Shown here one piece after another: positions 26,857-37,966 of a stretch of 64,000 nucleotides of DNA; the stretch's first letter is position 1; each line of letters opens with the position of its first letter. Both the position numbers and the translations under genes were made by a program. The stretch covers positions 11,656,001 through 11,720,000 of the forward strand of contig NC_088801.1 in NCBI RefSeq assembly GCF_011386835.1, written 5' to 3'. Origin of the DNA: Chrysemys picta bellii. Its lineage: Eukaryota. Below the pieces are notes generated by a model. The model saw nothing but the letters and a program-made list of their open reading frames with translations, searched no databases and had not been told where the DNA came from.

Positions 26857-28233
26857 TTCTACACAATGTTTGACACCTAAAACATCTGGATTCTGTAACC
26901 ATGGCATTAGGACTGGTCAAAAATTTTCTGTCAAAAAATGTTTTCAATGAAAAACCTGGATTTTCTACAAAACACTTTTCTTAAAAAGTGTCTGCTTTCA
27001 TTGAAAGACCAAATGCACAGGAACTGAACGGTTCTCAGCCAAAACCAAAAGTCTGGCTGAAAAAAAAAAACTATACTTAGATTTGGAAATGCCACCAAAG
27101 TGGCTTGTGGTTATTGTATTTCAGATGACTCATGCTCCCATTCTCCTCCATGGACTGGATTTCCAACTTGGATTATATCTCCCATGATGCATCCCATCAT
27201 CTCTGAGATGAGGCTGTGGTGCATCATGGGAGATTAAGTTAAACCGGGGAGCCTTGTTTATGACAGGGTAAAGGGAGCAGGTGGCACCCAAACTATAACT
27301 ACCATGGCATTTCCAAATCTAAATATTTTCGGTTTCGGCCAAAATATTTGGTTTTCAATTTTCCCCCTTCAACAATTTTAAATATTCTGGTGTGTGTGGG
27401 GGGGTGGGGGGCAAGGTAGAAGAACCTTTTCCATCTCATTTGCAGGAACTGGCAGCTGAGGGCTTGGCTACACCAGAGATTTTTGCACCAATGCAGCTAT
27501 ACTCTAGCATAGATGATTCTGCATTGGTATAAAAGTGGCTTGAGCCACTGCAATTTATCCCAATCGGAACCTTTGAACACTAGTGCAATGCATCTGCCCC
27601 AAGGGTTTGTACCAGGGCTGCTACATCTGTGCAAAAATCCCAGTGTAGACAGGCCCTAAATTCTCCACTGACTATGAAATTAAAGTGAATGGCCTTTCTC
27701 CCAATTTTTAATACATAATAAGATGTGGAATTTAGGAAGACTCTTTATCTTCAAAATGTGTTATGATCGACTTAACTCTTTAGTCTTTATTGCCTTCCTG
27801 GGAAGAAGGTCTGATCTCCCCTGTGTGGATTAAGAAACTGAGCCACATAGGGGTTGAAGGACATGAGCAAAGCCAGAGGTAATTAGGGACAAAGTGTTAA
27901 TTAGAATTGAATTTCGATGTTAGGCCATACACAGTAGGAGATATTAGGTTTCAGGAATTTTAGATGAAATAGAATTTAAAATTATTGTTTTAGACACACA
28001 CGTTTAGGACCAAGACGACCGTCGTAAATATTCAGAAAGTAGCTGTTTGAGTGGTATGCAGAAAGGAGGTTCTTTAATAGCGACTTCATTATTTGGCCAG
28101 AATGGGCCAGATTCTAAGCTGGTGCAAATCAGCACAGATCTACTGAAGTTACTCTAGCTATGTCAATTTGCACCTGCTGAGAATCCAGTCCATAAGCGTA
28201 ATTCATCTGCCTCACCTCGCCCAAGAGGCATGC

Positions 28234-28236
<3 letters not shown>

Positions 28237-28292
<56 letters not shown>
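28237..28292. repeat. (AC)28 microsatellite
   Basis: Uninterrupted AC run. Confidence 0.97.
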
Positions 28293-28297
<5 letters not shown>

Positions 28298-28504
28298 GAA
28301 CATATAGAATTGTAGATTGTAAAGATATAGGAAAAATATCACTCCATTTCCCTGCCAGTGCAAAATGGTTCCCTACAATATTTCTTCTAGTGTATAGTCC
28401 AGTTCAGCTTCAAATGACTCGTGCAATGGGCTTCCATTACTTCTTTTGGGGGCAACAATTACACCATTTAACAGATCTCTAATGAAGAATTTTCCTGAGA
28501 TTTA

Positions 28505-28738
28505 GGCCATGTCTATATTTCCCAGCTTACAGCAGCACAGATGTGAGAGCATTCCTGTAGCCACGTTATGCCAATGGGAGAGAGCTCTCCTGTTGACATA
28601 ATAAAACCAGCTGAACGAGCGTCGCTGTGCACATGAGCGCTTATGCCAGCAACACTTACGTTGCTCAGGGTGTGTGTTTCTTTCACACCCCTGAGCTACA
28701 GAAGTTTTGCCAACATAAGTGCTAGTGTAGGCATGGCC
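28505..28738. mobile_element. PIF/Harbinger-type MITE
   Basis: GGCCATGTCTA...TAGGCATGGCC termini, TTA on both flanks. Related copies at 22198-22448 and 27460-27656 have GGCT(T)NGTCTACAC-type TIRs. Confidence 0.72.
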
Positions 28739-28811
28739 TTAGTCTACATTTTTGCCTTTATTTGTCATAGTATTCCCAACTCCAACTTGGACCACAGTAG
28801 ATCATTCCTAC

Positions 28812-29326
28812 TGTCAGGTAAGAGTTAAAATTTAGCTAACAGCTAAGACAAAGACTGCAGAACAACAGGAATGCTTCAGTAGCATTCAGTAGCAAGGACA
28901 CTGACAACTGTAAACAATTGATAAGCTTATATGGTCAATGCCTGCCCAGTAATTCAGTTCTTAGAACAGAACAAACCCTCCTTTCACAGCCCATCAGATA
29001 TCTGTAAGCACTCATCCCTACCCCCCACCCCACCTCCTTCCCCCATAAGGTAGGCATAGACGTTTGATGCAATTAGGATGACCTCTATATGTATGTACTG
29101 TTCTTATTTTAATCTTTGCTCACGGTTCTCTCTTGACTTGTAACAATGTCTGTCTCTGTATGTACAGATAAATGCAAATGAATTGATAAGAGAATGTATA
29201 TAACTGGCCACTATGGCACCATATTTTTGAAGCTGCTTGTCAGTCTTCCCGGTACCGTGAATAAACCCCGTTCAGTATTTTCTGTGCTTGCCTGATTCAT
29301 GGGGAAAATAATCTTTTTGCCTAACA
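28812..29326 (+). repeat. Proviral 5' LTR (515 bp)
   Basis: TGTCAGG...CCTAACA. Contains a TATATAA box, AATAAA near 29260 and a 10-nt internal duplication (TTCAGTAGCA). Aligns end to end with 33070-33573. Confidence 0.95.
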
Positions 29327-29330
29327 GTTT

Positions 29331-29348
29331 TGGCGCAGCGAGCAGGGT
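29331..29348 (+). promoter_or_regulatory. Primer-binding site, tRNA-Ser(UGA)
   Basis: TGGCGCAGCGAGCAGGGT, 4 nt after the 5' LTR. It is the reverse complement of ...ACCCTGCTCGCTGCG-CCA, the 3' end of vertebrate tRNA-Ser-TGA as recalled. Confidence 0.85.
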
Positions 29349-29812
29349 GTGATCGGGAATCCTCGGAGAGTTTCTCACAACCAGGGATAGAGGTGAGTAG
29401 TCTTTTACTTACCACCTCTAGTGCACACCTTGGTTTGGGACTCCCCGAGACATCCCTTCGCACTCCTTTTTTAATACAAACCACATATAGGACGCACAGA
29501 CCAGAGGACTGAACGGGACTGTGTTTGTGGCCAAGTTTTTGGAGTGCAGGGATCGCTGGAGGCGAAGGCTGCACTACCAAGTTTTTGGGGTGCAGGGATC
29601 GCAGGAGACGAAGGCTGCATCGCCAGTTACTGAGCACCAGAGTCTGTGCTGCAGTAAACGGAGTACAAGGGTGTGCTCAGTCGAGCACTGCTTAAGCGCT
29701 GCTTAAGTGGATTTTAGGAAGCTGGGATACAAAGTCGTATGAGTTGCCCCAGAATTCGTCAATGATGCCCTCTACGGGAGGGAGACTCTGATTTGATAAA
29801 AGGGAAACATGA

Positions 29813-31027
29813 GAAGGTTCAAAAGACGATCGCAAAAATGGATGGAATGAGGGTATGAGTACGATGGACCGCGTGTTGTGGTGGTCTGGTCAGACTAAAG
29901 GAAGATTAGAGAAGGGGATTGTAATAATGTATTGCGAATATGAAAGGAAACTACAAGAGTTGGAAACACTCCAAAAGGCTCTTACATTAGAGCTAAATCA
30001 AAAGGCAGATTGCAACTGCAAGCTGAGTAAGCTTGAAGCAGAAAACAAGGCTCTAAAAGCAAAACTAAAAAAAAAAAAAGCCCAACTCCTCTGCACATCG
30101 TATTGTTGCTAGCATACAACAGAAGGGTAATTTTACCGACCCTGACTCAAGCAGCGATATTGATAAAGACCAAAATGAAATTAGTTGGAAACACCTTGAG
30201 AATCAAATTCAAAAACACATGGGGGAAGCTCAAGATATTTGGCCCCCTCCTCCTCCCCCACCTTTTAACCCAGAATTAAGTGCCAGTGCTCCCTGGGCCC
30301 CTCTCCAAGTGACCATTCGGTGGTCAGGAACAGGTGAAAACAATTCCTCTCAGCACAGAGGAAATAAGGGGCTTACTGAAAGATCTCCCTGATCTAAAGC
30401 CCAAATTTGATATTCTGGAAAAGAATAAGTCAGATTGTTACCACCTACACGTTACATCCCAGGGATCTTTATATCTTAACAAAAGCTAAATGCCCTGATC
30501 TATCATGGGCCAAGATCCCTACAGAAGGGCACCGAAACGGCATTTGGGACTCTCTTAAATTTTAATCTGAAAATGATATGACCCTTGCCTGCACTGAGTT
30601 TAAGGAAGCCGTCCAAGAAGCCTTGGGGAACGGAGCCGGTAATTGGGGACTGATTGTGGGCTGCGTACAAGGCAAGACCAAGCCTGCGGCTCAATATTGA
30701 GAGAGAAAGTGGGAGATGTATTCCAGCAATGCACGCCTTGCAGACCCAAAGAAAATAGATCAGGTGTTTCTAAAAATGTTAAAGGAAGGTTTTAACTCCC
30801 AACTGCAAACAGCCCTTAATTTGGGAGTGAACCCAGGCTCTTATTATGAATCCATCTGTATGTGGGCCTCTGAATGCGCAGCCAGACAAGCTAAAAAAAT
30901 AAGGAGCAAGGCTACTTGCGTTGCCGTGGTAACAGCAGAAGACCAGGTAGCCTGTTATAATTGTGGGTGTCTCGGGCATACCCAAAAGAACTGCAGGCGC
31001 AAGGCCCAAAAGCCTAGTCAGGGACAC
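29813..31027 (+). pseudogene. Decayed retroviral gag
   Basis: N-terminal coiled coil (ERKLQELETLQKALTLELNQK...LEAENKALKAKL), proline-rich PPPPPPPFNPELSASAP, capsid-like STEEIRGLLKDLPDLKPKF, and zinc knuckle CYNCGCLGHTQKNC (CX2CX4HX4C) at 30953-30994. Several stops and frameshifts; the start boundary is approximate. Confidence 0.85.
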
Positions 31028-31029
31028 AT

Positions 31030-31421
31030 GTTTGGGCAGAAAATAAACTGTCTTGCAGTTCGATGCCTGCTCATCTTTGCCCACCCATCCAGATTACCAG
31101 TCAACTCCCTCCACCTACCAAGCAATACCCTCTCAAACCTGAGGCTGTGGATGCAGTAGGTAACATTATTCACTCTTTACTTCAGCAAAGCATACTGGTT
31201 CCTTGTGGAAGTACACCCTCTTAAGCCCAGGACCCTCCAGAAACCCCCTCGTGGATGGACGTACAGGAGGGAGATCAAGTCATGGTAAGAACATACAACC
31301 CCGGGATATTTCAGTCAAAATACTATGGCCCGCACATGGTATTGGCCCATACAGATACCTCTGTGAAAGTGCAAGGAATTCCAACATGGGTTCATAAAAC
31401 CAGAATTAAAATGTATAAATA
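31030..31421 (+). pseudogene. pol remnant: RT N-terminus joined to integrase C-terminus
   Basis: 31030-31206 reads VWAENKLSC...PPPTKQYPLKPEAVDAVGNIIHSLLQQSILVPC (RT N-terminal QYPL motif). In the same frame, 31246-31421 reads PSWMDVQEGDQVMVRTYNPGIFQSKYYGPHMVLAHTDTSVKVQGIPTWVHKTRIKMYK* (integrase GPY/F-type C-terminal domain). No protease, YxDD, RNase H or DDE core. Confidence 0.85.
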
Positions 31422-32991
31422 AATTCATTGTGTTTATATTGTATCCTGTTAGGTAACAAATGTTAACTCCCCACATTAATCCTCCTGGAAAACACACCTG
31501 ATGCAGCATCCTGGAACCTGCCCTTAATACATGTTACACAAGATGTCTGTTTCAAAGCTGGCCAGTATGTGCAACTCCCTACAGGAGGCAGCGGTGAATG
31601 GGTTTAAAAAAAGACACTTTGCTTGCCCCCAGACCGACCACCTGGGACCTATCATGGTTACAGCTCGCCTCCAAAAACATCCAGGCACCAAGGTCTCAAT
31701 CTGACTACCACAGCCCAGGAGCAGTCTTCGGCTCCCTCCCTGCATTTCACTGGATCTGGACTGTAACTGGGTATTTAGCTCCAGGGGATGTGGGCGCACA
31801 CATATAGGACCCCCAATTTTGGGATGCAATGTCATACAGTTCTTGGGTCAAAGGCCAAACCACCCAAGCCCTTAAGCATACTAACACCAGGTTATCTTAT
31901 GCTCTAACTGCAATTGATGTAGCCATAGAGGATTTTTACAAAATCATTGAGAAAACCTCACATGCTATAGTCAACCTGGCCAAGTCACAAGCTAAAGGTT
32001 GTGCTTGTGATATGCTGCCTCGTGATCTGTTTAACATTGCAAAAGAAAACATGTTAGATGTATGCCTGGGTTTTCCCCCATCCCATACCCTTTCCTCCCC
32101 CACCCTTGCCCACATTGCAGGCATTTCTACTCAACTGATAGTAGCCTCTTTAATTCCTCCAAACTCACCCTTCTCCTTTAATTTCTTTCTTGTTTACCCT
32201 TCTGTTATCCCTATCCATGTGTTTCCTCCTTCTTTCCATTTTAAGTCTATTGGATATGTAACTAACGATATGGTGTACAAAGTAGGGTTGTCCGGATACC
32301 TGGCACCATCCCCTGGTAATGCTACACTGATGACAGCCTCGGACTGTTGTAGAAAAACAAACAGTTACATTGTGTGTTCCTGTTCTACCCTTCGTCCTTT
32401 AACCTTGTCCTCTTCTGTTGTTGTGGATGTCCTTCCTTTTGCAGACGGTGAAGTTGCTGTATAAGTATCCACTACTCAGTGATGTGCATTTTATTACATG
32501 TACGGACCATTACGGTGCCAGGCAAACGCTTCCATGTGCCTGCAGATTACGGACTCATTTACCCCAGGTGATGTGCACCTCCCTGGCCGTGCGTTCACTA
32601 AAATGACAGCGGCTCGTCGGTGGTATAACAACCTATACCTGGACAATACACCGGTTTAACTGGCCAAGAAGGTACCACTAAAAGTGGTCCGGGCTGCTGC
32701 ATCTGCGTTTACCACTGTTCATAACCATGTCACCAAAGGTCACATTCCAACCAAACTATCACCCGACTGGAAGATCCTGTTCATAATGCATCCTGCAGCC
32801 CCATCTCCTGGTGGACTATTGTCCAAACAATAGCTGCTGCTGCTTCTGTATTTGTGTTGCTAACCTCTCTGGTCATGTGTGGGTACTTTAGACACAGGCT
32901 TAAAAATCTTACTTTGTTTCCTACCTTTACCCCCTTCCCCCAATTCCCCTCTGCCCCCCCTCCCCCTCCTACCTCCCTTGGGCAACCCTAA
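31410..32991 (+). pseudogene. Decayed env (about 525 codons), class I fusion-protein layout
   Basis: ORFs 31598-31807 and 31829-32464 share a frame and are separated by one TAG. Features: heptad-like helix, Cys-rich DCCRKTNSYIVCSC, hydrophobic anchor WWTIVQTIAAAASVFVLLTSLVMCGYF followed by RHRLK, and a Pro-rich tail ending at TAA 32989-32991. Confidence 0.82.
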
Positions 32992-33069
32992 AACAGATCA
33001 TGTATATCAAAGCATTTAAAGTATTGACTTTATCTCTTCTAAAAGTTTGATATGTCAACAAGAGGGCAT

Positions 33070-33573
33070 TGTCGGGCAAGAGTTAAAATTTAGCTAACAG
33101 CTAAGACAAAAACAGCAGAACAAGCAGGAATGCTTCAGTAGCAAGGACACTGACAACTGTAAACAATTGATAAGCTTATATGGTCAATGCCTGCCCAGTA
33201 ATTCAGTTCTTAGAACAGAACAAACCCTCCCTTCACAGCCCACCGGATATCTGTAAGCACTCATCCCTCCCCCCACCCCGTCTCCTTCCCCCATAAGGTA
33301 GTCATAGACGTTTGATGCAATTAGGATGGCCTCTATATGTACACACTGTTTTTATTTTAATCTTTGCTCACGGTTCTCTCTTGACTTGTAACAATGTCTG
33401 TCTCTGTATGTACAGATAAATGCAAATGAATTGATAAGACAATGTATATAACTGGCCACTATGGCACCATATTTTTGAAGCCACTTGTCAGTCTTCCCTG
33501 TACAGTGAGTAAACCCCCTTCAGTATTGTCTGTGCTTACCTGATTCTTGGGGAAAAGCATCTTTTCCCTAACA
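33070..33573 (+). repeat. Proviral 3' LTR (504 bp)
   Basis: TGTCGGG...CCTAACA. About 28 substitutions and 4 indels versus the 5' LTR (hand count). The poly(A) signal reads AGTAAA. Confidence 0.95.
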
Positions 33574-35793
33574 TTACCCAACGCTTCAGTTATGGATAGG
33601 CAGCTACAGATACCTCTTCAGTATCATTTGGCTGAGTTATACATAAATATTTTTTCAATTTCTTCCATGTGTGTTTATTTTGTACAGGATATCTGTATGT
33701 TTTTAGACATATGCATGTCTAAGAAGCTGCGGAAATTCCATACCAAAAATTAAAATACAGGCTGATCGACATGCGATTTCCCTTTGATGGGTTAAGTCAT
33801 TCCCTTCACTAGCTCTATTTTTTTGTTCTTTAATATAAGGCTTGAAAATGAAATGAAGAGAGGAAATGTTTGCAGCACTGCTCTACTGAAAGGATTTATT
33901 TCAGGTTTGGGTTTGGAATGTGTTTCAAACCGAGCCAGACCCACTCTGAAAGACATAGTCTTGCCATAAAAGTGTCAGGGATCCTTAAATGAATCACTGG
34001 TTACTGGGTTTTATGCTGATGGACCAATTCCAGAACTGCAGCAGGTTTTATATTCCTCTCCTAACCTTTCCAGAGCTCAGTAAAAACATCTGCCTTGAAT
34101 AATGCATCCAAAGCAAGGAGGAATCTATCTGCTTATCTAATGCCCTGCAGCATAGGGCTATAACCTTTATTTACTGCCTTGTCCTTTCTTTGTATGAATA
34201 TCTCCAATTCTGATGAGACCCTGGCCTTTCACTCCAGCCTCTCCCGCAAACATTAAAAAATGCTGACAACAACAAAAATTAGTGAAGATTTTTTGTATGG
34301 TACTATACAGGGTTAGAGTTTTGGGCTGTGAACGTCAACTGCTGAATCTTCCTGAAAAGTCCTGTTAATATAAACATATACTGTGTGTCAAAGCACCACG
34401 ATGAAGATCTGAGAAAGAACTCTATGCCCATGAAACTGTCACAGTTGTGTGTCTAGCTCTATGGGCACATCGCCCCTAGGAAAAACAGAACACCACTGAA
34501 GCTATGCAGTCAAGGGACAGTGTCATGTAAAATGGCTGCAACCAGGATTCTTATATGCACCCAAAGACACCTTAAGACAGCAATGTACTCTCAGTGGCTC
34601 AGCGCTCATGTCGCACTCCCACATCAGTGCGGGCTGGGCAGGCTAATGATCCAACCAGCAGACCAAATTCAGTGATGAATCCTGGTCACATGCCACCTGA
34701 GGCACGTTGCGCATATGCGAAGAAGCAGCGGCTCTTTGCTTGACTGCTCCAAATTAGGGGCATGATTTTCTAAAACATGAGAGGTGGTTTACACTCAAAA
34801 ACCAGCAGTTTGCTCTCTAAGTTATGCCACAGTCTCAATGGCAGGTCATGGTGGGCTGAAGAACCAGTGTAGGTTGTGCTTTGATGTTCAGAGTCAAATC
34901 CTGCTCTGAGATAGGCATCAGTGGCTCCAATGAGGTTAATGGTATATGCAAGAGCTGAGCACAGTCCCCTAAGAACAGCTACAACCCCAAATTCAATACA
35001 CTGCAATACATATCAGTGAGGCGTGCTGTGCTGCTGAGTTGCATGCACTTGGTGTGTAGTCACAAAGAAGATACTTGAAACAATGTCAAATATTGTAATA
35101 TCTTGCTCATTCCAATGCTGGCTGAAGTGTCTGAGGCTTGCCGTTTCAGTTAAAGTTCAAGTGTGTCACATAATGCTAATCTCGGTCACAGCAACATACA
35201 GCATGATAAGGCCAGGAAAGAGATGACTGCTAAGACGTCTGTCTTGGATTGCGAAGACCAAAGTACAGGGTACACACACACACACACAAAAACCACATCA
35301 AAATTCACATTCAGGCACATGCTGGACTCTCACCACATGTAACAGCCGCAATAAACCAAACAGACCCCCAAAAGACTGGCCTTAAGGAACTACAGGAATG
35401 TACAGTACTAGCCATTTAAAATTACTTCTGTCCTGCAGCGGATTTCATACACTGCAGCGTGAATTCCATTGAATGACACTGAGCTCCTGTAAAAAGACAA
35501 TCCTTTCCCTGCAGAACTGGAGGAATTTTAAAGGTCCAAGGTTGGAGCAATATATGGTGTTAAGTCGTGCTGTGGTAAATGCACACCACTTTTGCTCCTC
35601 ACCATTTCTTTTTGCGCACCTAAAGTAGGTGTCAAGCCCAGAGTGTATAAACTGCTCAGCTAAAGGAAGAGTCTCGATCGCTCAACCTATGTAAAATAAG
35701 AGATGCTTTGTGATTTATCTTTGCAATACTAAGAGGCATAAAAATGTTATGTACCCTACTCAGCTCTTCCTACTTCATGCTCTATTTAAACTA

Positions 35794-36195
35794 CAGTAGA
35801 ACGTCAGAGTTATGAACACCAGAGTTACCAACTGACTTGTCAACCACACACCTTCTTTGGAACCAGAAGTAAACAATCAGGCAGCAGCAGAGACAAAAAA
35901 AAAAGACATACAATACAGTACTGTGTTAAATGTACACTACTAAAAATATAAAGGGAAATTAAAAAAAAAAAAAGATTTGACAAGGTAGGGCAACTGTTTC
36001 CATGCTTGTTTCATTTATATTAAGATGGCTAAAAGCAGCATTTTTCCTCTGCATAGTAAAGTTTCAAAGCTGTATTAAGTCAATGTTCAGTTGTAAACTT
36101 TTGAAAGAACAACCATAACGTTTTGTTCAGAGTTAGGAACATTTCAGAGTTATAAACAACCTCCATTCCCGTCTTGTAACTCTGACGTTCTACTG
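35794..36195. mobile_element. Tc1/mariner (Tigger/pogo-like) MITE
   Basis: Perfect 19-bp TIR CAGTAGAACGTCAGAGTTA, flanks TA / CA (TA TSD with one change). Confidence 0.82.
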
Positions 36196-37811
36196 CATAG
36201 TTTTCTACTCCTCTATATTTATTTTTGCCTCTTTTTGGGAGGGCTGTCATTGCAACACAGTGTTAAAGCATAACAGAATATGCTGGGTGGCATTAAATCC
36301 TTTGACGCCTACGGGTTTGTTGCTCCTGCTGTTAAATACTATTCCCTCTTACTCCAGGTTCTCCATGTGGGAAATCTTTATTTTAGAAGCCAAAGGGGTT
36401 AAATGGAATAAATATGGACACACTTCAAAGAGAAAGCTCTCAGCTCGGCAGGGACTAAGAACACATGAAGTGAAACAGGGATACAGAACAAAGGTTTTCA
36501 ACATGCCCTGATGTTTTTAGGCATATGCTCACCTAGACATTACACAATCCCCTAGGGTTACCACTGCTGTTGCCTAGAATCAGCACCTCATTCTCCAGTG
36601 TACACAGTGACTTTTTAATCATTTTAAAAAAAGACTGAAGCTTGATATTGCAGCTGGTTCATCTATTATTAGTAGACAGTAGCAGTTGTAGCTATACCCT
36701 CGACTGGCTTTCAGTTTGGAGCATCACAATAGCCTGATCAAGGATACTGAATTCATAGGAGAACCATGATAAACTGCTGCTGTATACGGATACTGGGGCA
36801 AACTTAACATCTGGAATGTACACAGCAGACTGCTTATTTCTTGCCATAGTCCATGCTTTATCATCCTTCCTCTCCTTCCCTCAGAGCACTTGTTACCCTG
36901 TTCTAGATCCCGTCATATCTAATTTCTTGTCCTTTACTCCTACAAGAAAGATGCCTTAGCTAAGGAAAAAGATCCAAGAGCAACTGACCAGCCAGCGCTG
37001 CTGAGAACCCCTGTAAGCTTTCTGATCTTTCACAACAAGGCTGGTAGGTTTCTAGATTGTTTGAATATATGCCTGCATAGCTGTTAACAGAGTGTCACAC
37101 AGTGAGCAAGCCCTGTGAAAAAGGGTCATGGTCCAGCTTCTGTCCTCTGTGTAGTTTCCACTGAGAACCAATGACTTCTGGGAGTTGTGGTTCCCAAAAG
37201 GGCAGTGGGAGTTAGAGACTACAGCAAGGGATGCTGGATAAGGGGGCAAAGATATAAATAAGCTCCCTTCCCTCACAAGGAAGAGGAATCAGCCGCAGCT
37301 GCAGGGTTTCTCCCGTGAGGAGGTGGCCAAGTTCTAAAACAGAGCTACTGAGGTTCGCTCAGGAGGAGATCTAAGAGGCAGGCAGCATGGAGTCAGGAAT
37401 CCCAGTGAGGGGTGATTTGTTCACATGATAGAAGACTGCTTGGGATACCTGCCTCCAAGCATAAACAGCTGTTATACTTTGTTTTCTTGGATTCTTAAGT
37501 TACCACAAAAGGGATGGGGTTGGGCCAGAGGAATTACTAAAATTAGTAACAAGATAATATTAGTGCATTCTCTAAAATGTATTCAATAAATACATAATCC
37601 AATGCAACCCTACCCTCCCAGAGAAAAGTATGACTGTAATTAAATAGCACCGTAAAGCCTGCACATTTAATCCTTTCAATAGCAGAGTTATAGCATAAGA
37701 AAGCTAGGCAAGGCAAGCTGTAGCTCAATTAGGTAGAAACCACACGTAACAGTGATGGGCACCGTACAGATTCTAGATAGAACTAAATAGATTCTTTACT
37801 AGGTAATCTGG

Positions 37812-37966
37812 AAAAAGAAGAACAGGAGTATTGTGGCACCTTAGAGACTAACAAATTTATTAGAGCATAAGCTTATGCTCTAATAAATTTGTTAGTCTCT
37901 AAGATGCCACAATACTCCTGTTCTTCTTTTTGCGGATACAGACTAACACGGCTGTTACTCTGAAAC
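37812..37966. mobile_element. Penelope terminal-repeat fragment with inverted duplication (120-bp palindrome)
   Basis: 37812-37931 is self-complementary about AAG|CTT (37871/37872) with one mismatch. It continues into GCGGATACAGACTAACACGGCTG. The 13-bp direct repeat CTAGGTAATCTGG at 37799-37811 and 37967-37979 overlaps no arm sequence. Confidence 0.9.

Larger units (their letters stand above)
28812..33573 (+). mobile_element. Endogenous retrovirus, two-LTR non-autonomous provirus (gag, deleted pol, env); candidate lokiretrovirus-like
   Basis: Paired TG...CA LTRs, PBS, purine-rich tract AAGAGGGCAT before the 3' LTR, CCHC gag, RT and IN remnants, and env with a TM anchor. Flanks CTAC / TTAC suggest a 4-bp TSD with one transition. 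The ERV call is secure; the lineage call is inference. Confidence 0.93.

Noticed and set aside
31829-32464. 211-aa ORF as a functional or domesticated env gene
   Set aside because: It is bounded by premature stops, lacks its signal peptide, fusion peptide and TM anchor, and neighbouring parts have frameshifts. No sign of a preserved full frame.
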